Shown one piece after another: positions 46,832-60,225 of a stretch of 64,000 nucleotides of DNA. Numbering within the stretch: the first letter of the stretch is position 1; the number at the start of each line of letters is the position of its first letter. The notes under the pieces were generated by a model. That model saw only the letters and a list, made by a program, of their open reading frames with translations. It did not search any database and was not told where the DNA came from. The position numbers were made by a program, and so were the translations under genes. Origin of the DNA: Piromyces finnis finn (Eukaryota; Fungi; Neocallimastigomycota); assembly GCA_002104945.1 (NCBI GenBank), contig MCFH01000011.1:992001-1056000 (forward strand), given 5' to 3'.

Positions 46832-49800
46832 ATGAGTACTAGATATAGAATGTTAGACAACCGTGACGATGGAATAGCTGGAGTCAGTGACGCAGGCTCT
46901 GAGGCGAGTTCCATGATGGATATTGAGGATGAGACTGGTAAAAGCGTTAACACCAGGGGAAAACTCATCCCAAAACCTCCAAGATTTTCGGGAAAAAGAA
47001 GTGAACTTCTTTACTTCCTGGCAAGATTGGAGAAATACTTTAAATATAACTTGGAAGAAGATGCTACCGACGCCTACAAGCTGGATATCTTGGGATGCTA
47101 CCTGGAAGGAACCGCCGCCGAATGGTTTGCCGACTTAGAAAGAGAAGAAAGCCCCCTGTTGAACTCTTACGAAGACTTTATCGAGGCAATGAAGGCTCGC
47201 TACAAAACTTGCAACAGTGCCGATGTAGCCAATAGTCGACTTGCAAAATTGAAGTCAAGTCAATTCAAGAACGTCATGGACTACTGCGAAGAATTTGAAA
47301 AGATGGCTAGAGACTCGTCTTTTAACGATGAAGCGAAAATCCATTTCTTTATGGAAGGTTTACCAACTTCAGTCAAGGAAAAAGCTAAGCTCCTTTACCC
47401 AAGAATTAGGAAGTTAACTGAGTTAATTAATGTCGTTGCTGCCAATATAGAATTAGAATGGAAAGTCTTTGGAAAAGATCCTATGGATGTCGACGGAAAG
47501 AAGAACCGAAGATATAACAGAGACTTAGGATCAAGGTACCTCTCTTATGGTGTAAAATATAGAAATTATATAGACCAAGAAAGCCCCACTACCTCAGTTA
47601 AACCAAGAAAATGTTTCTTCTGCAAAAGGACTGGACATGTTAAAAAGGATTGTCCTCAACTTAAGGATAAGGTTATAAATAGACCAAAAGCATTCATGGC
47701 TACTACCGCTGGAAGAAGAATGTTAAATGTTTACGATATTCTGTTACAAGTTAATAATGGTGTTTATCTTAAGGCTCTTGTGGATTCTGGTTCGGACTTA
47801 GACTTTTTGGATTGGAAGGCTGTTGATAAGTACAAGATTCCATTCCAAAGAATGTTTAAGGATAAATATGTTGAAGGTATAGGTGGTAATGGATTTTTGA
47901 AGTATGAAACAATTCCTTTGATCATGAATATCAAGAATCATAAGGAATCCATTCAATTCTACCTTACCGATCTTCTTTCTGGTATTTCTGTTATTTTGGG
48001 TAAGAATTGGTTAAGAAAACATGATCCTACAATTAGCTTCAAGGATCAAACTCTAGAATTTAAGTCCAAATTCTGTTCTTTAAATTGCTGTGCTACTCCA
48101 GAAGAAATGGAAAAAAGAAGCAAAGAAGAAGAATTGTCCAAGGAAGAAGAAAGAAGAAAAGAGAAGGAACTAGTACAGGAAATACTCAATAATTATAAAA
48201 ATAGTTTAAAAATTAGAGATAGTGAAATTAAGAACAAAGAAAATATAAAAATTATAGATAAAACTAAAAATACATGTATTAAAAAGAAATGTAGTAAAAA
48301 CTTAAAATTAAATAAAAGGAATGTTCAAAAGTATATTGTATGTAGTGTTATTTCAAATGAAGGAAATAAAGGTGAAGATGTGGAAGAAAGTGTTGTAGAA
48401 ATTCCTGATGTATATAAGGAATTTGAAAGTGTATTTGATGAAGTTGAGTGTAATGAACTACCTCCACATTGAATATACGATTGTAAAATAAGATTGAAAG
48501 ATAAAGATAACTTATTTTATGGTCCGTTATACCCTTTGACAGAAGAAGAAAGGAATACGTTAAAGGAGTATATTTCTGAAAATCTAGAAAAAGGATTTAT
48601 TAGACCGTCTACTTCACCTGCTGGAGCACCTGTATTGTTCGTTAGGAAAAAGGATGGGACTTTAAGATTGTGTGTTGACTACCGAAGACTCAATGAAAAC
48701 ACAATCAGGGATTAATATCCATTACCTCTCATATCTGAATTATTCGATAGATTAAGAGAAGCAAAAGTCTTTACTAAACTTGATCTCAAGTCTGCTTATA
48801 ATCTAGTTCGAATAAATGAAGGTGATGAATATAAAACTGCATTTAGGACAAGATTTGGTCACTTTGAATATCTTGTCATGCCGTTTGGGTTGAAAAACGC
48901 TCCTGCAACTTTCCAACATTTTATCAATGATGTTCTCGGGGAATACTTGGATGAATTCGCTTTTTCTTATATTGATGATATTCTTATCTATTCGAAAAAC
49001 TTAGAAGAACATCGAAAGCACGTAAAGAAAGTTCTTCAAAGATTAAAAGAAAATGGTTTATATGCAAAACTTAGTAAATGCGAATTTGAAACTTCAGAAA
49101 CTACTTTCTTAGGGCATGTTATCTCAGATAAAGGAATCTCTATGGATCCAAAGAAGGTTAAAGCTATTATGGAATGGCCTGTACCAACATCTGTTAAAGA
49201 AGTGCAATCATTTATCGGATTATGTAATTATTATAGAAGATTTATTCCAAACTTTGCTGGTATTGCTAAACCGTTACATAATCTAACAAAGAAAGATGTT
49301 AAATTTCATTGGTCAGGAGAATGTAATGAAGCTTTTTGTACTTTAAAGAAATTCTTTACCGAAGAACCAATTTTAATTCATGCTGATCCTGAATTACCTT
49401 TTGTGGTTGAGACAGATGCAAGTAATTTTGCAATTGGTGCTGTATTGTCTCAAAGGTTACCGAATAATAATGAACTTCATCCAATTTGTTATTATTCAAG
49501 AGGATTGACTAAATCGGAAAAGAATTATCCTATTTATGATAAGGAACTTTTGGCTGTTATTGAAGCTTTGAAACAATGGAGACACTACTTAGAAGGAGCC
49601 AAGCATCAATTTATGATCTATACGGATCATAAAAATCTTACCTTTCCTAGGAAGCCTGAACTATTGTCGCAAAGACAAATTCGCTAGAATTTGTTTTTGA
49701 CCCGTTATGATTTCAAAATACAATATAGACCGGGTAAAGAAGGTGGAAAACCTGATGCTTTTTCAAGACGTCCTGATTATGAAGAAGATAAAAGTAACAA

Positions 49801-51334
49801 AGAAGACAAAGAAGCCTATTCTTGCTTGACAGTTAAAGAAATCGAAGATACTTTATGTCTTGTGTCTATTCAAGGGAATCTCAAAGAAGATTTGATTAAA
49901 GAAATTAAAGAAGATGAAGAAATTAAGGAGTTAATAAATATTCTACAAGGAAAATCTACCGCAAGTAAGAAGTATAAGAAGTTAATGAAGAATTTTAAGT
50001 TAAGCGAAGAAGGAATTCTTTTGTATAAAAGTTTAATTTATGTACCAAAGAAAATGAGAGATATAATAATCTCAATGCATCATGACAATCCAATTCATGG
50101 TCATTTTGGTATTATTAAAACAAAAGAATTAATTACAAGAAACTTTGTTTGGATAAACATGACTCAAGATATAGTTAAGTTTATTGCTTCTTGTAAAGTT
50201 TGTGGAGCTGCTAAGGTTGATCGTCATAGACCTTATGGACTTTTACAGCCGCTACCAACTCCTGAAAGACCGTGGTCTTCTGTTTCTATGGATTTTATAA
50301 CTGATTTGCCAAAGTCAAAGGAAAAAACAGTTATAATGGTTGTTGTGGATAGATTAACGAAGATGGCTCATTTTATTCCGTTTAGAATGATTCCGACTGC
50401 TCAAATTGCCGTTGATGTTTTCTTTAGAGAAGTTTTTCGTTTACATGGCCTACCTGATGAAATAATATCGGATCGAGGAACCCAATTTACTTCTGAATTT
50501 TGGCAAAGATTGTGCACTTTGTTGAACATTAAGCACAATATTTCGAGTGCTCACCATCCTCAAACAGACGGGCAGACTGAACGTGTAAATAGTATATTAG
50601 AACAATTTCTTAGATGTTACATTAACAAAAGAAAAGATAACTGGATGAATCTTCTGCCTTATGCCGAATTTGCGTATAATAATACACTTCAGCAATCTAT
50701 AAATCAAACTCCATTCTTTGCAAATTATGGGCAAAATCCAAGATTTAATACCGATATTCCTGCTGATAGTGACAACAGAAGAGCTAACAGGCACGCCTCT
50801 CAGATGCAAGATAATATTAAATTTTTAAAGAAGAACTTAGAAAAAGCCAAGGAAAGATATAAGAAATACGCCGATTGTATTAGACTTATTGGACCTAAGT
50901 TAAAGGTTGGTGACTTAGTTTGGTTAAAGCGTCCTGATTTACTTCCGAAAGGACCTCCAAAATTAACAAATAAGAAACTTGGACCATTTAAGATTATTGA
51001 GAAAACAGGACCTGTTTCTTATAAATTGGAACTACCAGAAAGTCTAAGATGTCATCCCGTTTTTCACATTTCGAACTTAGAACCTTTTGTTGAAAGAGAA
51101 GTTGAAGTGAATGAATCAACTTCTAGAATTCCAAACATTGCTACTGATTCTACTGAAGGAAGAATTCCATTGAAGATTGTTAGTGAAAAAGTTGTTAATG
51201 GAACCAAGTACTACTTTATGGTTTGGAAAAGTTTATTACCTTCAGAAAGTACATGGCTTAGAGAAGATGAAATCGAAGACCCTCAGTTGATCCAGGAATA
51301 CCTTAAACATAAGTCGCTCAGGGGCTCGACTTAA
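46832..51334 (+). pseudogene. gag-pol: Gag-Pol of element M, one reading frame with three premature stops
   Basis: ORFs 46766, 48494, 48878 and 49691 are all in one frame. Stops are TGA 48470, TAA 48713 and TAG 49685, where R, S and W are expected from element B/L homology. CCHC, LVDSGS, YIDD, DDE and a chromodomain-like tail are present. Confidence 0.93.
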
Positions 51335-52123
51335 GAAGAGGGGCATGTAAAATATTGTATTAATAGAACAATGTATTAATACGTATTTAAAATAATGTAT
51401 AATGTATTAAATTAATGTACCGTAAATTTTATTCTTTAATTACAAAAATTTATATCACAATACATTAACATAAATTTATGTAAAATTTAATTTTAGGATA
51501 AGATAAAGTTTTTGATGATAAAATAAAATTTTAAATTAAATAAATTTTAACCAATAAATATTTTAGATAATAAAAAAAATTTTTTATAAACTAAGCCTCA
51601 AAATTAGAAATAAATAAATTGAATATATGTTTGAAATATAATCAACCATATAGTAAATAAATCAAAACTTTATTTTAAGTTTAGAAAATTCTTTAGTAAA
51701 TAAATTGAATTTAAATAGTTTAATACAAATAATTTCTTTTAATAAATGTATAAATGTAAACAATGTAAAATTATAATATTAAAACATGTATATTAGAATT
51801 TATTCAATTTATTTAAAAGGTATAAATAAAGAAAATTTTTCAACTATTGAAACGATAGTTGGAAAATCGTATAGGTTAATTTTGTTTAGATAAATTAACA
51901 TTAGTTTATAATTAGTTTAGTTGTTTTTTTTAATAATAAATATTGATTACCTAGTGAGGGCTCTGGTAAAATATCCTTCACGGTAAAGTAATCAACGGTT
52001 GTTTTAGTTTAATTATTTTAAAATAGTTTAATAAATAAAATATAAAAATTAAAAATAATTTAAAGTGTAGTTTAGTCTATTGAGTGTATACAAACCTGAA
52101 CTTAGTTTAGAATATTTTACAAA

Positions 52124-52576
52124 AAACAGATTAACCTTAGATGCCAAGATCTAAAGGAAGTTTTAGAGAAAAGAGAACAATTTAGTTCAGAAATAAAGAA
52201 GGTTAAAGATGAAATACAATTATTACAAACAGGTAGCACTCAGGGCGAAACTAAAAGAAAATTTGATAAACTTAATCAAAAAATAAATGATTTAAGATAT
52301 GACCTTAATCCAAAGGCTAAAAGAATCGAACTTACTAGAAAAGTAAATAACTCGGAAAAACAGATTACAGCTCAATGGAAAGAAATAGAAACTCTCAAGA
52401 GCATCATGGAAAGAATCGATAAAAGAATATCCGCTATAATTATAGATAACGAATTGAAGGAAGTTTTTCCCGCTCCGGAAACGGCAATTAATAATAAAAT
52501 CAAGAAAAGAAGATTATCGAACTTTCAAAGTGAAATAGACTTAACCAATGAGCATAAAGAGAAATCACAAGAATAA
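52124..52576 (+). pseudogene. 5'-truncated open frame (~150 codons) encoding a K/E-rich predicted coiled coil of unknown origin
   Basis: Manual translation KQINLRCQDLKEVLEKREQFSSEIKKVKDEIQLLQ..KEKSQE*, stop-free, starting right at the end of the M 3' LTR. Confidence 0.55.
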
Positions 52577-53730
52577 ATATATTAAAAATAACTCTTTTAA
52601 ATTAGTCAATAGCTTATATTTTAAACATAACTTTAATAACCTAATTAGTAATAGATAAAAAATAATCGAATAGTTTAAAATAATAATCATGTATAAATAG
52701 AATGAAAATGTATTATTTTAAATCTCTAATTTTTTCTAATTTTAAAATACTTTAAATAACTTTTACACACCTTTATCTACTTACTTACTATTATTTATTG
52801 TTACTTATTTTTACTTAAATATTTAACAATTTTATTCAAATTACCTTATACTTACTACATCTTAATTGTTAAAAAACATATTATTTTAAAATTTGTAATA
52901 ATCTAAATAAATCTTAGAGTTATTAAATATTAAAACTTTATAATTAAATAAAATAATTTTATATTTTAAACTAACAAAGACTTGCAAATGAACAAGTATA
53001 AAAATCATTTATTCTATTTTTATTTTCTTATTTATTTTTATTTATTAAATTTTAGATACAAATATTATCACTTTCTATATTCATTTATAGAATTAAGATA
53101 ATATTTTTCTTCATATCAAATGATAAGCGTTTAATATTATCTTAATTTATAATTGATTAATTATAAAAGTGATAATATTCTTATCAATTAATTAATAAGA
53201 GAAAAGTGTTTAAAATTAATTTTTATTATAGAATTATTTGAGATATTCTAATTAAACATAACAATTATTAACAAAAATATAAAAGTTATGTTTTAAAACA
53301 CAATTTTAAAATATATTTTTGAATCAACTTTTTATTTAATAAATTTATTAAAAGTATTGATTGATTTTCTTTAAATTAGGAAATAATTACATGTATTTAT
53401 AATTTTCTTTCTATTTTAACTTTTTAAAATAAAATATTAATATGTTTTAAAATAATAATGAACAATAAATAAAAATAAACAATTTATTTTAAAGTAATTA
53501 GTTTAATTAATATAACACTATTTAGCTATTTAAAATATTATTTATATTATATTTATTTTATAATAAAATATAATTTAAACTGAGTTTTAATATATAATTT
53601 TATACTTTTAATTAAATATTTAAATATTATTATGATTTATTATTTATTTTAAGTTGTTTTGAGGATTAGTTTATATTAATATTATAATTTCATATTTATT
53701 AATTTCAATTTATATCAATTTCTCCCTTCT

Positions 53731-56700
53731 TTAAGAATGAACTTCGTCCCTTGAAGTTCCTAAAGATTCCTCTCTTATTGTGTAGGGGTAGATGTTTTTG
53801 ATATGAACGTTTCTTGCTAATAGTTTTCCAGTTTGTGGGTCTTCTAAAACGACAGTATTGTATTGTGGTTTCTTTACAACTTTGAATGGCCCATAAAAAT
53901 AAGGTTGCAGTTTAGTTCTATTGATTAATTTTATCATAACGTAATCTCCTTCTTTATATTTCTTTTTAAGTGCTTTGGAAAATCCGATTCGATGTTCCCA
54001 ATATTTATTTGCGTAATCAGAGTATTCCATTGCTTCTTTTACCCATTTGTAGTGTCTTAAAAATCTTCTAAAATTGTACTCTTCTTCAGTTTCTTGTTGT
54101 TCTTTATATAAATCCGGAAACATGATTTCCATAGGCCAAGTATCACGTCTTCCATATAGCAATTCGAAGCTACTAAATTTTGTTTTCGTGCTTTTTGTGG
54201 TTCTTAGTGCCCATAATACTGATGGTAGACATTCATCCCAATCCTGCTCATCTTCTATTAACATTCTTAATATCTTACTTATCTCCCGATTGCGATTTTC
54301 TATCATTCCATTTGAAGGTGGGTGATGTGGTGATACATAGTGCACCCATGATCCGTATAAATCTATCATCATCTTAGTTACATCCGAAATAAAAGAACTT
54401 CCATTATCAGTTATTATTAATTCCGGTGGACCATGACGAGATATTACTTCTGTTAAAAATTTAATAATTTCTTCTGATTTAGTATTTGGAATTGCTTTGG
54501 CTTCAGGCCATTTTGTGAAATAATCTACTAACGTTATTATGTAATTGTTACCTGATCTGGTAGTTGGAAGTGGACCGATTATATCTAGTCCGACTTTTGT
54601 AAATGGTTTTTCCACTGGTGTGATATGTCTTCTGTATATTTTGGTTGTGGTTTTGGTCTGAAGAGTTGACATTTCCTGCATGATTTTATCCACATTTTTA
54701 CATCGTTCCATATTCCAGGCCAATAATACGAGTCCATAATTCTTCTAGTAGTTTTATCTGAACCTTCATGTCCTATGTTGTGTGCTCTGTTTATAATATC
54801 TTTTTTATCATTCTCATTCTGGATAACTTTTAAAAACTTATCGCCTTTTACAAAATATAATGTATTGTCTAAAACTTTATAATTTTTATTAAAATATTTA
54901 ATTATACCTTCTGGGATATCTAAATCTTTTGGATTAATGTCATTTAAGATAGCGTTGATACTATTTATAATACCTTCATTTCCTTTTGATGGTAGTCTTG
55001 ATAAGGCATCTGCAAATACATTTCTTTTTCCTTTTTCGTATTTTATTGAAATATTATATTTATTTATTTCTTCTATCCATCTTGCAATTCTTCCTTTAGT
55101 TGGTACATTTTTGTTGAAGAATCCAATTAATGGTTTGTGGTCAGTGATGAAAATGGTTTCATTTTTATTACTAATAATATATGGACTAAACTTTTTTAAA
55201 CAGTAAATTAAAGCTAAACCTTCTAATTCTGTTACTGAATAATTTTCTTCACATGGCTTTAAAGACCTGCTTACACAATAAATTGGATGTTCCAATTCGT
55301 CTTCCTCCATTTGCAAAAGAACACCCCCGATACCTTTAGTTGAAGCGTCTGTTCTGACTATAAAATGTTTATTGAAATCTGGATAAATTAAAATAGGATC
55401 CACTAATAGGCAGTGTCTTAAATCTTCAGATGCGTTGTTACATTCTTCTGTCCATATGTAATCTACATCTTTCTTGAGAAGTTTAAATAGAGGACTGGCT
55501 CTTATTGAAAAGTTTTTAATGAATTTTCTATAGTAGCTAGCAATACCTAAGAAGGATCTAAGTTCTGAGATGTTTCTTGGTTTTTCCCATAGGGCAATAC
55601 TTTGAACTTTGGATGGCGATGTTTTCAAACCTTCTGAAGTTAATACATGACCTAATACCTCTACTTTATCTTTAAAAAAATGACACTTTTGAAGGTTAAT
55701 AGATAAATTATATGTAGAAAATATTTCAAATACCTGTTTTAAATGACATATGTGTTCTTTTAGATTTTTGGAATATATTACTATATCATCAATATAAACA
55801 AATAAACATTTGCCAATTAGGGGCAAAAGTATTCTGTTCATTTCTCTTTGGAATGATGCCGGTGCATTGGTTAAACCAAAGGGCATCACTAAGAAATTAT
55901 AATTCCCAAATTTTGTTGTAAAGGCTGTTTTTTCGATATCTTTCTTATTCATAGGTATCTGGTGATACCCTGAAAATAGATCTAATGCAGAGAATATTTT
56001 CGCACCTTTTACTGAAGAGACAAGTTCATCTATAAATGGGAGTGCATAGGAATCTTTTATGGTAATGTTGTTTAGTTTCCTGTAATCTATGCACATTCTC
56101 CATTTTCCATTCTTTTTCTTAACTAGTAGAACTGGAAATGACCATGGCGAGTGCGATGGCTCAATCAATCCTTTGTCTAATAAAGATATTATTTCCTTTT
56201 TTAATATATCTGAATGATCTTTCGAAAGTTTGTATGGCTTTAATTTTATAGGTTTGTTCGAAGTGGTGGTAATAGTATGTGGTTCCAATTTTGCGGTTGT
56301 TAATTGTGATAATGAAGTAGCCATACACTTTTGATTGTTTATGATAAGTTCTTTGAATTCTTTCCGTACTGGGTTAGGTACATTTTCAATTATTTCTTCT
56401 ATGGTTTGTTGAAATTCTTTTTCTTCTTCTTTCGTTACTATAACCGAGTTTAATAGTGGTGTATTTTGTCTATTATTTATTATATTTGTTATCTTTATTA
56501 AACCTTCTTCGCTCTTTTTATAGATTGCATCATCATCAGGGTCTATTAATAATCTATATTTCTTTTGAATTGTTCTTCCAATGATTATTTCATAAAAGGT
56601 ATTATAATAATCAATAATATAAAAATTCTCTTTAATATTTAAATTATTATCTATACTTATTTTTAATGGTATATATTTATTCGTAAAGATTATAGTTCCA

Positions 56701-57614
56701 TCCGCTAGTTTTATTGTTAATTCTTCTTCTGTACTACAGATGTTTATATTTTTAATTTTACTTAATCCTTCTTTTGTAATAATGTTTACATTAGCACCAG
56801 TGTCAAATAATATTTTAAATGGTACGTTATTGATTTCCCCTATAATTATTGGAATATTAGTGTTGGTGATATTGCAAATAATTCTTTCTACTCTTGGTTT
56901 TAGTCCTATTTCTAATTCTTTTCTAATTGCTGGGCTGGCTGCTAATAATTGTGATAAACTTATTTTTGGAAATAAGTTATCAGCTTCCTTTAATATATTG
57001 AACTTTTGATCTTTATTAAGCATTTGGATTTCCGTCATATTCCTCTTAGTTATCATTTTTTTACTATTATTTTCCATATTATTTGATGTTTCCTTAATAG
57101 TTTCTTTTTGTTTAATAGTTTTTGAAGTTTCTTCTATTGTATTAATCTTTGTATTTCCATTACTTTCATTATTTTCCTCGTTTCTGTTAATGTTTTCTTT
57201 ATTGCCTCCATTATTTTTATTATTTTCCTCAGTTATTTTATTTTCATTAGTTTTGTTAGTCTTATTATTTTTGTTATCATTTTCTTCTCTGCTTTCTTCA
57301 TCATAGCTTATTTCATTTTGGTTATCATTATTGTATTCATTATTTTCACTTTCTTCTTCTGAGTCGATATCCATTATTCTTCTTCTTCTATCTCTAATTT
57401 CTTTCTTCTTTTGCTTTAATATATTAATTTTGGGTTGGTTCAAAATGGAAGGTTTTATTATTGATTTATTAGTATTACTTATTTTATTTTTATCTAATAG
57501 TTTTGTAGATGTGTTTTTATTTTTGTGAAGCACATTTATTGTATTTAGATTTTGATTTGGACATGCAATTTTGTTTATATAGGGAGATTGCATACTCCCA
57601 TCAATTAGTTTAAA
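53731..57614 (-). pseudogene. pol: Pol of element E (spacer, protease, RT, RNase H, integrase) with an apparent 1-nt deletion near 54625
   Basis: ORFs 54585-57593 (LFDTGA, YIDD, TDAS, HHCC) and 53731-54723 (GLDII..TDNG..IEN, GPF). Confidence 0.92.
57563..57614 (-). promoter_or_regulatory. -1 frameshift signal with potential H-type pseudoknot (element E)
   Basis: T TTA AAC, 7-8-nt spacer, GGGAG-TATGCAAT-CTCCC; the loop 7-mer ATGCAAT is complementary to ATTGCAT 12 nt downstream. Confidence 0.78.
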
Positions 57615-58753
57615 TAATTTTCTTCATCATAACTTTCAGGACATTCGAAGTCTTGATGACCGATACGTAAGCAATTTGCACAGAAGTTTATCTTAAGTTC
57701 TGACAATTTTTGCGTTAACTTTTGAATTTCATCATTGTTGTCAGTATTATTTTTAAATATATTTCTTCTTTCTTCCAATCTGTTATTAAACTGGTTTCTA
57801 TTATAATAGTTACTTCTTTGTTCATTATTAATTATCTTATTATTATAATTATTATTTAAATTATCATTGTTGTTGTTATTCTGATAATAATTATTATAAC
57901 CGTTTTTATTGTTAGGGTAATCATAATTTGGTGCATTATTATAAATTCTGTAATTTGGATTATTATTTGAATTATTGAAGTTAGAGGCATATCTGTTACT
58001 ATTATTATAATTTCTATATGTATTGTAATTATTATTGTGCATCTTCTTAATTTTATCATTGTTTCCACTTGTATTTGGTAATAGATAAGATGTACTAACT
58101 TTATTCTTTGTGTTGTACATAATTTCACTATGATCTGTATTTTCTTGAAATTTATTAAACTTATTTAATTTATTGTATTTTTCTTTGTTTATTCCAGAGG
58201 GTATTGCCTTTCCTTTATTTTCTTTCATTAGGTTCATTATCTTTTCTTTCTTCGAAGTTATTTTCATGGCGTCTTCCAAGGTTATTGGTTCTTCTTCCAT
58301 AAGATTTTCATATATCTTTTCCCAGTTTCTGAAAGCATTAATATAATAAGACGTTATAATTAATTCTGATAATGTGACATTTTTATTTATTTGATTTAAT
58401 AATTCTGTGAATCTTAAATCAAATTCAGAGATACTTTCATCTTTTTTTATTGTAATAGAAGAGAGTTCTAAGATTTTTGAATTCTTGGAGGATGTTTTCT
58501 TATAATGTTTACTGAGATTCTTTAAAATTGTTTCATAGTTATCTGGACTGCTTTTATTTAAAGAATTATATACAATTGTTCTGGCCACATTCGCAGTTAT
58601 TGCTAATAAATAATCAATTTTTTCCGCTTCTTCAATAATCTTGAATGTAGAACACCAATGGTCAAAAGAGAATTTCCATGAGTCAAAAGATATATTTGAT
58701 TCGCCTAATATAGGTAATCTATTAAAAGTAATAATTTTTGTCTGGTTGTCCAT
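57605..58753 (-). CDS. gag: Gag of element E
   Basis: 382-aa ORF after the PBS, with CCHC motif CANCLRIGHQDFEC, ending at the slippery site. Confidence 0.88.
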   Translation of the reverse strand: MDNQTKIITFNRLPILGESNISFDSWKFSFDHWCSTFKIIEEAEKIDYLLAITANVARTIVYNSLNKSSPDNYETILKNLSKHYKKTSSKNSKILELSSITIKKDESISEFDLRFTELLNQINKNVTLSELIITSYYINAFRNWEKIYENLMEEEPITLEDAMKITSKKEKIMNLMKENKGKAIPSGINKEKYNKLNKFNKFQENTDHSEIMYNTKNKVSTSYLLPNTSGNNDKIKKMHNNNYNTYRNYNNSNRYASNFNNSNNNPNYRIYNNAPNYDYPNNKNGYNNYYQNNNNNDNLNNNYNNKIINNEQRSNYYNRNQFNNRLEERRNIFKNNTDNNDEIQKLTQKLSELKINFCANCLRIGHQDFECPESYDEENYLN

Positions 58754-58994
58754 TTTCTGTACTATTAGTATATATTATGTTATTTCTTATATATTTTATA
58801 TTTTATATTTTAAATAATTTCCTATTTTATTAATTATTATTATTATTTTTTTTATTAATTAATTATTGTTGATATTTTTGATAATAATTATTGTCTATAC
58901 TATTATTAAATGATAAGTTTTTATAATTTATTATTATTGTCTTAGAATATAATCGTCAAATATTTATATTTTCAATATTATTACTAATTATTAA

Positions 58995-59001
<7 letters not shown>

Positions 59002-59052
<51 letters not shown>
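59002..59052 (-). repeat. ~50-nt poly(A) tract (poly-T on +) in the 5' leader of element E
   Basis: Read directly from sequence. Confidence 0.9.
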
Positions 59053-59053
<1 letters not shown>

Positions 59054-59659
59054 TTATTTATCCTTTTATATTTATTATTATTATTATTATTCAATATTTA
59101 GTAACTGTTTGTGATATGTTATTTATTAGTGTCTTAACTATTTTATTTATAATTATATAATTTCAGTTTATATATATATATTTTATATTTTCTATTATTT
59201 TAATATATCTTGCATAATATAATTTATTTTATTGTTAATTTTTTTTAATTTAATTATTATATCAAATCACGTAACAATTTATATATTTAAAATATTATTT
59301 ATTATTATTTGTATATTTTATATTTCAATTGTTCAATTAATGTATACAAATCACTTATATAAATGTATTTATATAATTCCATATATTTTATTATAATTGT
59401 TATTAAATATTATTATTCACTATTAATATATATTTTATTCAATAACATATTTCTTTTTATTTCTTTTACTATTAATTATTTTTTTTATCACATATATATT
59501 TTATTATTTTAACGTGTAATTATTGAATTTTTATGTTAAATTTATTTATTAATTATATAATTTAATTTATTTTTCAATTTTTAATTTTATGTTGCATTTT
59601 TATATATATATATAAATTTATAAAGTAAATATTAATACTTAGCTTCACCGGCCTTTTGA

Positions 59660-59672
59660 GGATTCTCCACCA
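59660..59672 (-). other. tRNA-Ala primer-binding site (element E)
   Basis: TGGTGGAGAATCC, 4 nt after the LTR end; same core as in I and H. Confidence 0.8.
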
Positions 59673-60225
59673 AATTTGATAAGCGTTTAATATTATCTTA
59701 ATTTATAATTGATTAATTATAAAAGTGATAATATTCTTATCAATTAATTAATAAGAGAAAAGTGTTTAAAATTAATTTTTATTATAGAATTATTTGAGAT
59801 ATTCTAATTAAACATAACAATTATTAACAAAAATATAAAAGTTATGTTTTAAAACACAATTTTAAAATATATTTTTGAATCAACTTTTTATTTAATAAAT
59901 TTATTAAAAGTATTGATTGATTTTCTTTAAATTAGGAAATAATTACATGTATTTATAATTTTCTTTCTATTTTAACTTTTTAAAATAAAATATTAATATG
60001 TTTTAAAATAATAATGAACAATAAATAAAAATAAACAATTTATTTTAAAGTAATTAGTTTAATTAATATAACACTATTTAGCTATTTAAAATATTATTTA
60101 TATTATATTTATTTTATAATAAAATATAATTTAAACTGAGTTTTAATATATAATTTTATACTTTTAATTAAATATTTAAATATTATTATGATTTATTATT
60201 TATTTTAAGTTGTTTTGAGGATTAG

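Larger units (their letters stand above)
39039..52121 (+). mobile_element. Ty3/Gypsy chromovirus M (nonsense-inactivated; 5' LTR split by element L)
   Basis: 5' LTR 39039-39767 plus 46294-46402; 3' LTR 51346-52121 preceded by PPT AAGAAGAGGGGCA. Outer flanks TTAAG/AAAAA do not match. Confidence 0.9.

Noticed and set aside
48470-49690. Programmed stop read-through or an alternative genetic code in element M
   Set aside because: Three different stop codons each lie one substitution from the expected residue (R, S, W), and homologous B and L have sense codons there. These are ordinary nonsense mutations.
46832-51334. Repeat-induced point mutation (RIP)
   Set aside because: Only three stops of mixed mutation type, and neighbouring multi-copy elements retain long intact ORFs. 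No formal RIP index was computed.
59644-59660. snRNA-like GGCCTTTTG motif
   Set aside because: Only a few bases match, directly adjoining the PBS of E, with no further snRNA similarity.
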